Below are positions 13,114 to 25,195 of a DNA stretch of 64,000 nucleotides, piece by piece; the stretch's first letter is position 1; the number at the start of each line of letters is the position of its first letter. The notes beneath the pieces were generated by a model. That model was not told where the DNA came from. It searched no databases and saw only the letters and a program-made list of their open reading frames with translations. The DNA lies in NCBI RefSeq assembly GCF_018350175.1, contig NC_058368.1:26290001-26354000 (forward strand). The letters are read 5' to 3'. The stretch comes from Felis catus (taxonomy: Eukaryota). A program made the position numbers and the translations under genes.

Positions 13114-14084
13114 CAATCACATTTCCTCTTCCCATTTATCTACCAACAGATACATAGATAGGTTGCTTCCATGTCTTGGCTATCATGAATAATGCTGTAA
13201 TGAACATGAGGGGGCAGATATCTTTTTAAGTTAGTGTTTTCCGTTTCCTTCAAGTAAATACCCAGCAGTGGAATTGATGGATCATATGGTAGTTCTAGTT
13301 TTAATTTTTGAGGAACCTCCATACTATTTTCCATATTGGCTGTATCAGTTTACATATCTACCAACAGTGCACAAGGGTTCCCTTTTCTCTACATCTTGGC
13401 CAATATTTGTTATTTCTTGTATTTTTGATAATAGCCATTCTAACAGGTGTGAGGTGATATCTCATTATGGTTTTGATTTGAATTTTCATGGTGATTAGTG
13501 ATGTTGAGCACCTTTTCATATACCTGTTGGCCATCTATATGTCTTCTTTGGAAAAATGTCCGTTCAGATCCTCTGCCCATTTTTTAATTGGATCATTTGT
13601 ATTTTTGCTGTTGAGTTGTAGGAGTTCTTTATATATTTTGGATATCAACCCCCTATCAGATATATGATTAGCAAATATTTTCCCCCATTCCATACGTTGC
13701 CTTTTCATTTTGTTGATTAACATTCCTTTGCTGTGTAGAAGCTTTGTGGTTTGCTGTCGCCCCATTTGTTGATTATTGTTTTTGATTCTCTTGCTTCTGG
13801 TGTCAAATCCGAAAAATCATCACCAAGGCCAACATCAAGGAGTTGGCCTATATTTTCTTCTAGGAGTTTTGAGGTTTCAGGTCTTATATTCAGGTCTAAC
13901 CCATTTTGAATTAATTTTTGTGTCTGGTATAAAATAGTGGTCCAGTTTTATTCTTTTGCATATGACTGTTTAGTTTTCCCAACACTATTTATTAAAGAGA
14001 CTGCCCTTTTTCCAATGTACCTTCTTGGTTCTTTTGTTATAAATTAATTGACCATAAATGCATGGTTTCATTTCTGGGATCTAT

Positions 14085-14250
14085 TTTTATTTGTTATTTT
14101 TGTTTTTATTTTGATTAAAAAAATTTGTTAGGTGAATATAGTTGATACATGGTGTTACATTAGTCTCAGGTGCACAACGTAGTGATTTGACAAGTTTATA
14201 CACTATGCTCTGCTCACAAGTGTATCTACCATCTGTCACCATACAGTGCT
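14085..14250 (-). mobile_element. Short carnivore L1 3'-end insertion nested in L1
   Basis: T-rich tail then GTTACATTAGTCTCAGGTGCACAACGTAGTGATTTGACAAG, typical of an L1_Carn 3' end. Confidence 0.75.
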
Positions 14251-14355
14251 ATGTATGTACGTACATAGCATCGTCCCCTTCATCCATTTGGACTCTTTGC
14301 TCTGGTCCGTCGATCTATGTGTCTGTTTTTATGCCAGTATCATACTGTTCTGATT

Positions 14356-14376
14356 ACTGAGCCACCCAGGCGCCCC
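14356..14376 (-). mobile_element. 21-nt CAN-SINE 5' head only (tailless)
   Basis: ACTGAGCCACCCAGGCGCCCC between 16-nt direct repeats at 14343-14358 and 14378-14393. Confidence 0.85.
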
Positions 14377-15520
14377 TTACTGTTTTGATTACTATAGTTA
14401 TCAGTAATAACTGATTTCAAATCAGGAATTTTGTGGGTTTTTTTCAGCTTTGTTCTTCTTCTCAAGATAGCTTTGGCTATCCTGGGTCTTTTGTGGCTCC
14501 ATACAAATTTTAGGATTGTTTGTTCTATTTCTGTGAAAAAATGTCATTGCAATATTGATAGGTATTCCACTGAATCCATAGATTGGACATTTTAACAATA
14601 ATAATTTTTCCAACCCATGAGCACTGATTACCTTTCCATTTATTTATGTTGTCTTCAGTTTCTCTCATGAATGTCTTGTAGTTTTCAGTGCACAGGTCTT
14701 TGACCTCCCTGTTAAATTTATCCCTAGGTATTTTATTCTTTTTGATGCATGTAAATGGGATTGTTTTCTTATTTTTCTCTTTTTGATAATTTATTATTAT
14801 GTATAAAAATGCAACAGATTTTTATATACTGATTTTGCATTCTTCGACTTAACTGAATTTGCTGATTACTTCTAACAGTTTTTTTTATGTCATCCTTAGG
14901 ATTTTCTGTATAAAAGATGATGTCATCTAAAATAGTGATAATTTTACTTCTTCCTTTCTTATTTGTATTTCTTTTTCTTGCCTAATTATTTTGGCTAGGA
15001 CTTCCAATATTATGTTGAATGAAAATGGCTGGAGTGAGCATCCTTACGTTGTTTCTGATCTTAGAGAAAAAGCTTTCAGTTTTTCATTGTTGAGTATGAT
15101 GTTAGCTGTTGGCTTATCATATATGGTCTTTAATATGTTGAGGTGTGTTCCCTCTATGCCCACTTTGTTGAGAGTTTTTATCATAAATGGGTGTTCAATT
15201 TTTATCAAATGCTTTTTTTGCGTCTATTGATATATCCTGTTTTTTATCCTTCATTTTGTTAATGTGGTATATATCACTTTGATTGATTTGTGGATATTCA
15301 ACCAGCCTGGCATCCCTGGAATAAATCCCACTTGATCATGGGGTATGATTCTTTTAATGTATTATTGAATTTGCTTTTCTAATATTTCACTGAGAACGTT
15401 TGCATCTATGTTCATCAGGGATATTGGCCAGTAATTTTCTTTTCTTGTAGTGTCCTTGTCTGGTTTTGGTATCAGGGTACTGCTGGCCTTGTAAAATGAG
15501 TTTGGAAGTGCTCCAGCCTA

Positions 15521-15779
15521 GGGGCGCCTGGGTGGCGCAGTCGGTTAAGCGTCCGACTTCAGCCAGGTCACGATCTCGCGGTCCGTGAGTTCGAGCCCCG
15601 CGTCGGGCTCTGGGCTGATGGCTCAGAGCCTGGAGCCTGTTTCCAATTCTGTGTCTCCCTCTCTCTCTGCCCCTCCCCCGTTCATGCTCTGTCTCTCTCT
15701 CTGTCCCAAAAATAAATAAACGTTGAAAAAAAAAAGAAAAAAAAAAGTTTATAAAAAAAAAAAAAAAAAAAATAGAAAG

Positions 15780-15812
<33 letters not shown>

Positions 15813-15814
15813 AG
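15521..15814 (+). mobile_element. Very young SINEC_Fc with ~85-nt A-rich tail
   Basis: CpG-intact GGGGCGCCTGGGTGGCGCAGTCGGTTAAGCGTCCGAC; perfect TSD GGAAGTGCTCCAGCCT at 15504-15519 and 15815-15830. Confidence 0.98.
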
Positions 15815-16741
15815 GGAAGTGCTCCAGCCTTTTGTGTTTATTTGGAAAAGTTTGTAAAAGATTGATACTAATTTTTTGAATGTTTGGTACAATTTACCGT
15901 TTAGTCCTGGACTTCTTTTTGTTCACAGGTTTTTGATTACTGATTCAATCTCCTTCCTAGTAATTGGTCTGTTAAGATTTTCGACTTTTTCATGGTTCAG
16001 TCTTGGTAGGTAGTATGTTTCTAGGAATTTATCCATTTCTTCTAGGTTGTCCACTTAGTTGACATATAATTGTTCATAGTAGTCTCTTGTGATCCTTTGT
16101 ATTTCTGTGTTATCAGTTGTAATGTCTCCTCTTTCATTTCTGATTTTATTTGAGTCCTCTCTCTCTCTCTTTTTCTTGGGGAGTCTAGCTAAAGTTCATC
16201 TATTTTGTTTGTCCTTCCAGAAAACAAGCTCTTTGTTTCATTGATCTATTCTTTTAATATACTATTGCTTTGTTAAAAGTTTTGGTATTTGGGAGGGTAA
16301 GTCATTCCACCTTTTTATTTTTTAGGATGCCATGGGTATTATGGGGTCTTCGCTCTTCCATATGAATATCATGGTTCCTCATGAAGCCATTTTGGAAGTT
16401 TGATGGAGTACCAGTAAATCTGCAGCTTAGTTTGGGGATTTATCATACTGAATCTCTCCCTCTATTGGGGTCTCTTATATATTTCAGTAAGATTCTACAT
16501 ATCTTTTGTTAAACTTAAGGTCCTTTATACTTGTTGCTTTCGTAAATGGCATCTTTTTGAAAATTACAGTTTTTATGTGTTGATATGTATAGAAATATTA
16601 TTAGCCACCTTGCTAAAACTTCTTATTGATTCTAAAATTCTCTGTATGTTATTTTGTTTTACTGTGTAGATAGTCATAGTATCTGAGATTAATGGTAGCT
16701 TTGTTTCTTCCTTTCCAATCAATATTTATTTTTTCTACTTT

Positions 16742-17040
16742 TTGTTCAATAGAAACATAATGTGAACACATGCAATTTAAAATTTTCTAGTAGTCATATT
16801 AAAAAATATAAACAGGTGAAAATAATTTTAATAATATGCCTTATTTTATTTTACTCAATATGATTTCAGCATATAATCAGTATAAAAATTATTAATGAGA
16901 TATTTTACCTTTTTTGGTACTGAATCTTTACAAGCAGGCATGCACTTCACATTTACAGCACATCCTGATTTGGACTAGCCATATTTCAAGTGCTCATGGC
17001 CACTTGTGGCTACTGGCCAGTATATTGGACAATGTAGGAC
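16742..17040. mobile_element. MER33-like hAT-Charlie non-autonomous DNA transposon
   Basis: TGTTCAATAGAAACATAATG ... TGGACTAGCCATATTTCAAGTGCTCA...GTATATTGGACAATGTAG; ends form inverted repeats. Confidence 0.85.
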
Positions 17041-17836
17041 TAGAATTTCCAGGAGAGTGCTGATACTGGGCATATTTATCTTGTTCTTAATTTTGAAACA
17101 AATGCTTCTGACATTTTACCACTAAGAAGGATTATGTTCTGTAGGTTTTGGTAGATATCTTCTGTGTCATAAAAGAAATTTCTTTATGTTTTTAGTATGG
17201 TTTTATTAAGTAGTAAGTAATTGGGAATTTTGTTAAGGTTTTTTAACGTTTCTTTAGGTGATTTTTTTCCCATTAATCTATTAAGAACATAAGTAAAATT
17301 TAAAGATTTTCTAATGGTAGACCACTCCTGTATTGCTGGGATAAGCTTAAGTTGGTTGTGATGTATTTGTATTTATTACTAGAATTATTTTTCTTTGTTT
17401 GTTTTTATGGATTCTTACACTGTTCATAAAATGAATGAGAATGAGAGATTTTTTTCTCTCAAACTGTGCTTTTCTGCTTTTGGTTTCAAGGTTTTAGTAG
17501 CCTCTTAAAATAAGCTGTAAAGAATTTCATATATAAAAGTTTTTAGGAAAGAGTGTTATATTCTGTTACTTGGCCTGTTAAGTAGAACTTTACATGTAAA
17601 AACTTCTAGATCGGGTATTTCTAAGTGTTGTCTTAAAGTTCATAGTATTCTGTTATATTTTAATTTTTTCTGTATTTATGGTTATATCCCCTTTTCTTTC
17701 CTGATACCGTTTATATTGCATCCCATTGTCTTCGTTAATCTTTTCAGAGTTTTACCTATTTTAATAGTCTTTTCCAAGGGCCAAGTTTGGCTTTGATGTT
17801 GTATCTTGTGTTAAAATTTCATTAATTTTTGCTTAT

Positions 17837-18042
17837 GGGGTGCCTGGGTGGCTCAGTCGGTTAGGTGTACGATTTTGGCTCAGCTCATGCTCTCACGGCT
17901 CGTGAGTTCGAGCCCCCTACTGACAGCTCAGAGCCTGGAGCCTGGAGCCTGCCCTGGATTCTGTGTCTCCTTCTCTCTCTGTCCCTCCCCTGATCGTGCT
18001 CTGACTCAATCCCTCTCTCTCTCTCCAAAATTAATAAACATT
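17837..18042 (+). mobile_element. CAN-SINE
   Basis: GGGGTGCCTGGGTGGCTCAG head; flanking repeat TTAAAATTTC(A/G)TTAATTTTT. Confidence 0.95.
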
Positions 18043-19214
18043 AAAATTTCGTTAATTTTTACTTTTATATTTGTGATCTCCTTCTCTTTGTATTTGTAAG
18101 GTTCATTCTTGTTCCTATTCTGTCATACTAAGTTGAAATTTTAGTTCACCAATGTTCAAATTTTCTTCAGTAACATTGTAAGCATTTAAGGCTATAAAAT
18201 TCCTCCCAAGCTAATATTTTGGCAGCATGTCTTACAAGTCTGCATTTTCTTTTTATTTTAAGTGCTTTAGTTTCCATTGTGAACGTGTGTTTTGAAATCA
18301 TCAAATGTAGGCATTTTTACATTTTATCACTTTGTTAGTGAATTCTGTATTAATGAATTGCTGCTAACTTGATTGTATGGTACTGATTCTTGGAAATTTT
18401 TTTTTAGCCTTGCTTTATGGTTGAGCATGTGAACATTTTAGGTGGTTTCCTGTATGCTTGTAGACTGTGTCTGTTTTTTAATTTTGAAGTCAAGTATTCT
18501 CTATGTGTCCATTAAGACAAGTTTTTAAATTTCTTTGTTTAGATCTATATCTAATTTTATCTGCCTGACCCAACAATATTAGAGAAAGGTGATTGACACT
18601 TTCTCCCTTATAGTTCTATCAAAATTTGCTTTATGTATTTATATATATATGAGTACATATGAGCTTAGCATTGCTGGTGCATTGAAGCTGTTAGGTCATG
18701 ATTCTTTTTAATCCTAGTGGTGCTTTTTGTCTAGTTCTCTTTTGTCTTATTTTAACAAAGTTATTCCACCTATCTTCAGTTGGTATTGCTAATAATATCT
18801 TTTTCCCCCCATTTTTTGTCTTTTAGCATTTACATATTTTGGGGTGTCTCTTAAAAATACTGTATAAGAGGATTTGGGTCAGGGGAGGGACATTCCTATC
18901 CCCCCTCTCCCTTATTTGGTACCTATACATTCTACTTGCACTCTTTTAATCAACTTAACAAAAATCTAAGGTTAATCAATATCTTAAAACCCACCTTTTC
19001 TAGAAAAAATACAAAATCCTTACCACATTTTAACACTAATTATCACCTTCCCCATTCCCCACAATTTACATGATATCATTGTCCATAATTTTAGTTTCAT
19101 TTTTACATAATTCACACATTTGACATTATTTTCTGTAGACAATGTTTGTTTAACTTAATTACATGTATACCAGCTTCTTTATTTACTCTTTTTTCTTATA
19201 ACTCAGCCCCCTCG

Positions 19215-19418
19215 TTTTTTTTTTTTTTTTGTAAGCTCCTTGCTTTATTTTTTATTTTTTCTAATTAATGAGTATTTATTTTTGAGAGAGAGGGAGACAC
19301 AGAATCTGAAGCAGGCTCCGGGCTCTGAGCTGTAAACACAGAGCCCGACAGGGGGCTTGAACTCCTGGACCCTGAGCTGCAGTCGGATACTTAACCGACT
19401 GAACCACCCAGGCGCCCC
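19215..19418 (-). mobile_element. CAN-SINE with internal deletions and a double tail
   Basis: Head ends at 19418; TSD ATAACTCAGCCCC(C)TC; second poly-T at 19215-19230. Confidence 0.93.
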
Positions 19419-20153
19419 AATAACTCAGCCCCTCTTAATGGAGCATTTTTCTTCTTCCTAAAGAATATTTTTTGGAAGTCACTTTAGTGAGTGTTAAATG
19501 GTGGTAAATTTATTTTCTGTTTATCTGAAAAATGTCTTTTTTTACTCTAGTTCTTGAAAGGTTTGGGTACCTAATTCTAGGTTGAAAAGTTATCCTGGTC
19601 ATTGTTTTTTTTCTGCAAAAGCAGAACATTTTTGAAATGTCTTGCTAATGAAAAATGTAATTTGAAGTCAAATATTTGTTATGTGCAGGCTTAATGAAAA
19701 TCATCTTACTAAGAAGCCTCTTAATGTTGTACAAAATTTGTATTAGGTTACTGGTAGAATTGCTATACATTTAAAAATGGAAATATGATTAAAAGAACTT
19801 TACATATATGTGTCATGATTTGGGTTTATGGGTAGAGTCACTATTTATAGTGCCTATGATTGTTTATGGCCTTGAGTTTTTACTTGCCTATACTAAGCAC
19901 TCATTTTTCAAAAACTCATACTTTATTAGTTCTTGGCGGTAAAAGGGCAGTCTATCTGCATTTGTCTTTTAAAATCTTATTTTTTAACTGTTGCTTTGAT
20001 TTACATCAGCTTAAATGGATTTATACTATTATTTCTGCCTGTTTCTTACTACTTTTCTAATATGGCAAAAGGAAGGGGATGGAGTCCAATATTCACTGAA
20101 TCTTTGTGTATCACTCAAATGATATACTCTAAATATATATATATATTTAGATT

Positions 20154-20156
<3 letters not shown>

Positions 20157-20203
<47 letters not shown>
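20157..20203. repeat. (TA)n microsatellite
   Basis: About 23 units. Confidence 0.97.
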
Positions 20204-20207
<4 letters not shown>

Positions 20208-20214
20208 AGTTCTT

Positions 20215-20350
20215 ACTACAATCCCACCTTCTATTTTATAAGTGAAGAAATTGAATTTGAATGTTAAGTGACTTCCCAAGGTGTTATAGTATCTTTAAGT
20301 GTTAAAGCTAGGAGTCAAAACACAAATGCTCATGTATATTCTATAATTCT
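20215..20350 (-). mobile_element. MIR relic
   Basis: ATTTTATAAGTGAAGAAATTGA...GTTAAGTGACTTCCCAAGGT, antisense MIR core. Confidence 0.7.
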
Positions 20351-21140
20351 AGTGTCATTTAAGTTAAGATATCCTATAGTAATCAATCCTCTTTATACAG
20401 ATCAGCAGACAGCCTAGAGAACCTGTGTAGCTTAACGTTAGGTGTGTGAAAGAGCCTCCCAAGTAACTAATATTGCTGTACTCTTATTCTGTGTTGCTTT
20501 AAAGGCCTATAATGAGATTTACTTCGAGGATTTGAGATAGCTGTCTTATGCCACAATCATTAAATACGATTATCATGTGTGTCACTGGTACTTTTAATAA
20601 CCCTGATCTCTCCCAGCCTTCCTTTACCCCAAATCTTGTCCTAGACTAACATGACAAGTAATAATAAATAACTATGCATTTTTCCTCTTCTAGACTAATT
20701 AAAATAACTATATATATGTTTATATATGTATATAGTAGTTGACCGGTAGTTGACCATAGAAATTCTTTCAGTTTCACAGCCTACTCAAGCCTCAAAACAT
20801 TCAGTTATTATTTGTTGTAGTTTATTTTACCCATTCTTATTCTTGTTTCAATTTTTCAGATGTCATGACAGCATGGCTTGTATTTGTTAACAAATCTTGT
20901 AACTTGTATTTTGTATTTAAGTAATACGTTTTTAAAAAGGCCCAGATTTGTATATAAGAGGTCTGTGTGTTTAGATTTTAATAGTTTAGAAATTAAATTA
21001 CATAGATTCTTATAAATAAAATTTTCTTTAACTTATAGTTAAGTAAGTTAAGTACTTAACTTATGGTTAAGCCAGGGTTGTGTAGGTAAAAATGTTCTAG
21101 AAGAGTATGGTCCGCTATTTTTTAATAGCATATGATGTCT

Positions 21141-21158
21141 TAGCGCCATCTACTGTTG
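21141..21158 (-). promoter_or_regulatory. Candidate CTCF site
   Basis: Minus strand CAACAGTAGATGGCGCTA, close to the core CC(A/G)(C/G)(C/T)AG(A/G)(T/G)GGCGC; CpG retained in non-repeat DNA. Confidence 0.5.
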
Positions 21159-21701
21159 AGTGAGAATAATCACTTCCTGGTATATATTTGGATTTTTCCC
21201 AGTGCCATATTCTAAGTCCTGCATATTTCTGGGGATATTCTCCCTTAGTTGACCACTCTGTGGAATCTGCATGTTTTGGGAAATTCAAATGATATCCTAT
21301 ATATGTTCAGGATTAACCAACTTTTGGAGATATTGCTTCATAATTCTTGTCAAAGTTACAGTGGCAAATTTCCTATACTGTACTCCTGACAGTTCAGGAT
21401 TTTAAAAATAAAGCTAGCCGATTATGGTAGCTTTCCATGTAGCACTTTTGTTTTAAAATTTGCTGATTGATTTGCTATTGTTACAAAAAGACTGGTGGAT
21501 TAAAATCGGGATTTAAATTGAATGTTCTATTTGTAGTTGAAAGACTCTGGAAAACTATTTCTCAGTATGTTGCTTGTTACTTAATTAATGTCCAGATCTG
21601 CATAGCACAGCATTAAGTGTGTTGGTAATTTAGAGGAAAACCTTTGTCTAAATAATGTGGTCATTTTCTTGGAGTTCAATTTGTTAAGAAAGGATAATGC
21701 A

Positions 21702-21834
21702 GGGGCACCTGGGTAACTTAATTGGTTAAACACCCGACTGTTGATTTCTGCTCAGATCATGATCTCATGGTTCGTGAGTTCAAGCCCCACATCATGCTCT
21801 GTGCTGACAGCATGGAGCCTGCTTGGGATTTTCT

Positions 21835-21880
<46 letters not shown>

Positions 21881-21928
21881 CGCCCCTACTTGCTTTCTCT
21901 CAAAAATAAATAAACTTAAAAAAAAAAA
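21702..21928 (+). mobile_element. CAN-SINE with expanded (CT)n
   Basis: Head GGGGCACCTGGGT; (CT)n at ~21838-21877; A tail; TSD AAAGGATA(A/T)TG. Confidence 0.95.
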
Positions 21929-21944
21929 GGATATTGGAAAAATA

Positions 21945-22208
21945 GGTTGATATAATGTACTCCTTAAGTGTATGAGCTTCAAAGTTAGACTCCCTGAGTT
22001 TCAATGCTGGCTTTATCACTTGTTCCACTTGTGATCTTGAGACTGTTTAACCCTAACTTCTCTGAGCCTCAGTTTTCTCATTTGTAGGTGGGAATCAGTA
22101 GTAGTACCTACCTTGTGGGATTATGTGAGGCATAAACAGAATACTCCTTCTAAAGCACTTCAGCATAGCTTCTGGCACAAAATAATAAATGTTACTTGCT
22201 ATTATTAT
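21945..22208 (+). mobile_element. MIR, near full length
   Basis: AACTTCTCTGAGCCTCAGTTTTCTCATTTGTA...GTACCTACCTTG...TGGCACA...ATAAATGTTA. Confidence 0.88.
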
Positions 22209-22353
22209 TGTCATTGTTACTACTTTTGTTACTGCTTATGTATTCGAAGTAAATATAATGTTTCAATAAATATATTTTAATTTTGGTAACTCATCCCTTT
22301 TTTTGAAACCTACAACGTATGAATAAAATATGTAACTTAAGAATATGAATGTT

Positions 22354-22565
22354 GGGGCGCCTGGGTGGCGCAGTCGGTTAAGCGTCCGACTTCAGCCAGG
22401 TCATGATCTCGCAGTCCGTGGGTTCGAGCCCCGCGTCGGGCTCTGGGCTGATGGCTCAGAGCCTGGAGCCTGTTTCCGATTCTGTGTCTCCCTCTTTCTC
22501 TGCCCCTCCCCCGTTCATGCTCTGTCTCTCTCTGTCCCAAAAATAAATTAAAAAAAAAAAAAAAA
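22354..22565 (+). mobile_element. Young SINEC_Fc
   Basis: GGCGCAG-type head; perfect TSD AAGAATATGAATGTT at 22339-22353 and 22566-22580. Confidence 0.98.
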
Positions 22566-22614
22566 AAGAATATGAATGTTCAAAGTGTTTACTGTTTCTG
22601 CACATCATTTAGAG

Positions 22615-22815
22615 TAGAGGACTGTATGGTAAAGTGGAAGGAACAGGCCTTTTGGGTCCTGGATCTGCCAGTTACTAGCCGTGTAACTTACAGCAGTTAT
22701 TTAACCAAAAGCTCAGTTTCTTCATCTGAAAAATGGGTTGCTTTGAGGACTTAAATGATAGAATGTGTATGTAAAGCTGTCGTTCTTGACATTTGGTAGA
22801 CTCACAGAACATAAC
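22615..22815 (+). mobile_element. MIR relic
   Basis: GCTCAGTTTCTTCATCTGAAAAATGGG core. Confidence 0.75.
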
Positions 22816-24003
22816 CATTGATTCTCTTTCAGTAACAACTTATTACAAGTTTATGAACATGTACATATTTCTATAATTTTGTTATTCATGCTAAAATTAA
22901 ATATTAAACACTCTTTATATTTGAAAGAGTTGAGAAGGATGCAAGGAAATTGTGACATCCTCAAGGGGTATAACTGAGAAGATGGGCCATAATGTGAAGT
23001 TTTTTGAATTGACTAATGCAATAATATTTGTATGCTATTGTTAAATTATACAGAAATTTTTTTTTTTTAGGAGTTCAAAGAAGGAATACTTTTTATACTG
23101 GATCTGGCTTACTAGTCCCCTACCAACTTAATTATCGTTGTTGTTGTTGCCCTTATAATTATTATGGTAGTTGTGGCCCCTTCGGCATTTTAGGAGGACA
23201 CAAAGAAGATAAAATCCACTCATGGATCATTAGAAATATTTATTGATTACATGTTATCTACCAGCCCAGTGAAACCAGGCTGGGTGTGTATTCAGCCTGC
23301 AAGGTATGGATGAGGGGTGTGTGGTGGTAAATGATAAAATGTTGTTCCTGAGCTTGGGAGGTGCTGGCAAATGTGTGAATGAACGAATGAAAAGTCTGCA
23401 TCACAGTTATGATGCTAACTAAAACTAGTGTTGTTATCACATCCTAATATAAATTTCTGTGTATCATTATAAATAACTAATTCCTTCCTGTGTGCCCTGG
23501 GACTTCGCTTCATCAGGATATAGCATGTCCTGTTCTGTTTAATTTTTGACTCTTGCATAAGCTGCCAGCCCCACCCGAGTCCTCAGTCATTTGGCCTCTG
23601 TCTTCGGCCCTGTTGCCCGTTACTTCCCGCATCCTCTTCCCATGGCTCCAGTGTGCCATTTACTCCTGGTCTCCTCTCTCTGGACCGTCTCCTTTTTGGT
23701 CTCATTTACTGTTTGTTTGTTGGTTTCTTCCCAGCCCTCTGAAATGTTGGTGTTTCTTTAGAGTCTATCATTTGCCCTTCCTCCTTTTTACTCTATAGGT
23801 TTTCTCTGCATGCCAGGGACCTCACCCATATGCTGATGGTTGGTGTCTCCATCTGAGTTTTGTCTATGGCACCTGAATTCGGAGACTTATAGTGCCAGGG
23901 GAAGAGGGCATGGGCTTTAGCCCCTCATAATCTCCATCACCTGTTAACACATTAAAGCTTCCCTAAGCAAACATACAATCCGTGCAAAAACAAAACAAAA
24001 TCT

Positions 24004-24210
24004 GGGGCGCTTGGGTGGCTCAGTCGGTTGAGCGTCCGACTTCAGCTCAGGTCATGATCTCGCGTTTTGTGGGTTTGAGCCCCGCGTCGGGCTCTGCTGA
24101 CAGCTCAGAGCCTGGAGCCTGCTTCAGATTCTGTGTCTCCCTTTCTCTGTCCCTCCCCTGCTTGTGCTCTGTCTCTCTCTCTCAAAAGTAAATAAACGTT
24201 AAAAAAAAAA
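24004..24210 (+). mobile_element. CAN-SINE
   Basis: GGGGCGCTTGGGTGGCTCAGTCGG head, CT region, A tail. Confidence 0.96.
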
Positions 24211-24488
24211 CTTAGATAAAAGTAGTATATTTGGTATGGAAACTCAACCTCAAGAAGTGTCTCCTAATCCTTTTTGCCCCTGAACTACTCCTTTATAGAA
24301 ATTCTGGAACTGACCGTGATTGCTCTCAATTTTCCTGTGAACGTATTTACTTGTATGTAGCACCCAAACTGGGCTCCTCATTTATCACTCCTTTCAAACA
24401 ATATTCTGCCATGGTTAGCAGTAACAAGATTGTACTCTGTATCATAAGCCCAAACCCCCACATCATCCTCAACTCTGCTGTTCCCTTA

Positions 24489-24687
24489 TTTTTTTAATGT
24501 TTATATATTTTGAGAGAGAGCGTGAGCAGGGGAGGGGCAGAGAGAGAGGAAGAGAGAGAATCCCACGTAGACTCTGCACTGTCAGCTCAGAGCCGGATGT
24601 GGGGCTTGATCCTGTGACCCACGAGATCATGACCTGAGAGGAAACCAAGAGTTAGATGCTCAACCAACTGAGCCACCCAGGTGCCCC
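24489..24687 (-). mobile_element. CAN-SINE (older subfamily)
   Basis: Antisense head GAGCCACCCAGGTGCCCC; degenerate TSD CTGCT..TCCCTTA. Confidence 0.95.
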
Positions 24688-24954
24688 TGCTTCTCCCTTA
24701 ACTGCCTTGAGATTACTACTGCCTTAATTTCTTTCATCTATGATGGAATTTGATTCATTGTATCATAATTGTTTGATTAGTGTCTGTTTCTTTCACTAAA
24801 ATTTTTATGTTCCAACTATCTACCATAATTTTTGTATGGTAGTAAATGCCCAACTAGTCATTTTATTGTCTCAAAAAAGTCAAGCACTCAAAAACAATAG
24901 GTCTTCTCACCTTCCTTTAAAAAAATTCTATATTAGTGAATGTTAAATTAATGT

Positions 24955-25195
24955 TATTTTATTTTTTTTAATTTTGTTTTTAATTTTTTTTTTAACGTTT
25001 ATTTATTTTTGAGACAGAGAGAGACAGAGCATGAACGGGGGAGGGGCAGAGAGAGAGGGAGACACAGAATCGGAAGCAGGCTCCAGGCTCTGAGCCATCA
25101 GCCCAGAGCCCGACGAGGGGCTCGAACTCACGGACCGCGAGATTGTGACCTGGCTGAAGTCGGACGCTTAACCGACTGCGCCACCCAGGCGCCCC
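24955..25195 (-). mobile_element. Young SINEC_Fc
   Basis: Antisense GACTGCGCCACCCAGGCGCCCC; long T-rich tail. Confidence 0.97.

Larger units (their letters stand above)
12545..16250 (-). mobile_element. LINE-1, 5'-truncated ~3.4 kb (L1MA9/L1_Carn-like), ORF2 disabled
   Basis: Minus-strand ORF2 peptides [27 protein letters not shown] and [28 protein letters not shown]-rich tail at 12545. Confidence 0.95.
11080..19600 (-). mobile_element. Old LINE-1 (L1MD/ME-like), interrupted by a younger L1, MER33 and SINEs
   Basis: L1 3' UTR/ORF2 antisense sequence at 11080-12540 resumes at ~16255 and runs on to ~19.6 kb. Confidence 0.75.
23560..24860 (+). mobile_element. Fragmented L2 interrupted by SINEs
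   Basis: L2-like pyrimidine-rich segments (CCAGCCCTCTGAAATGTTGG, CACCCATATGCTGATG); approximate. Confidence 0.5.
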
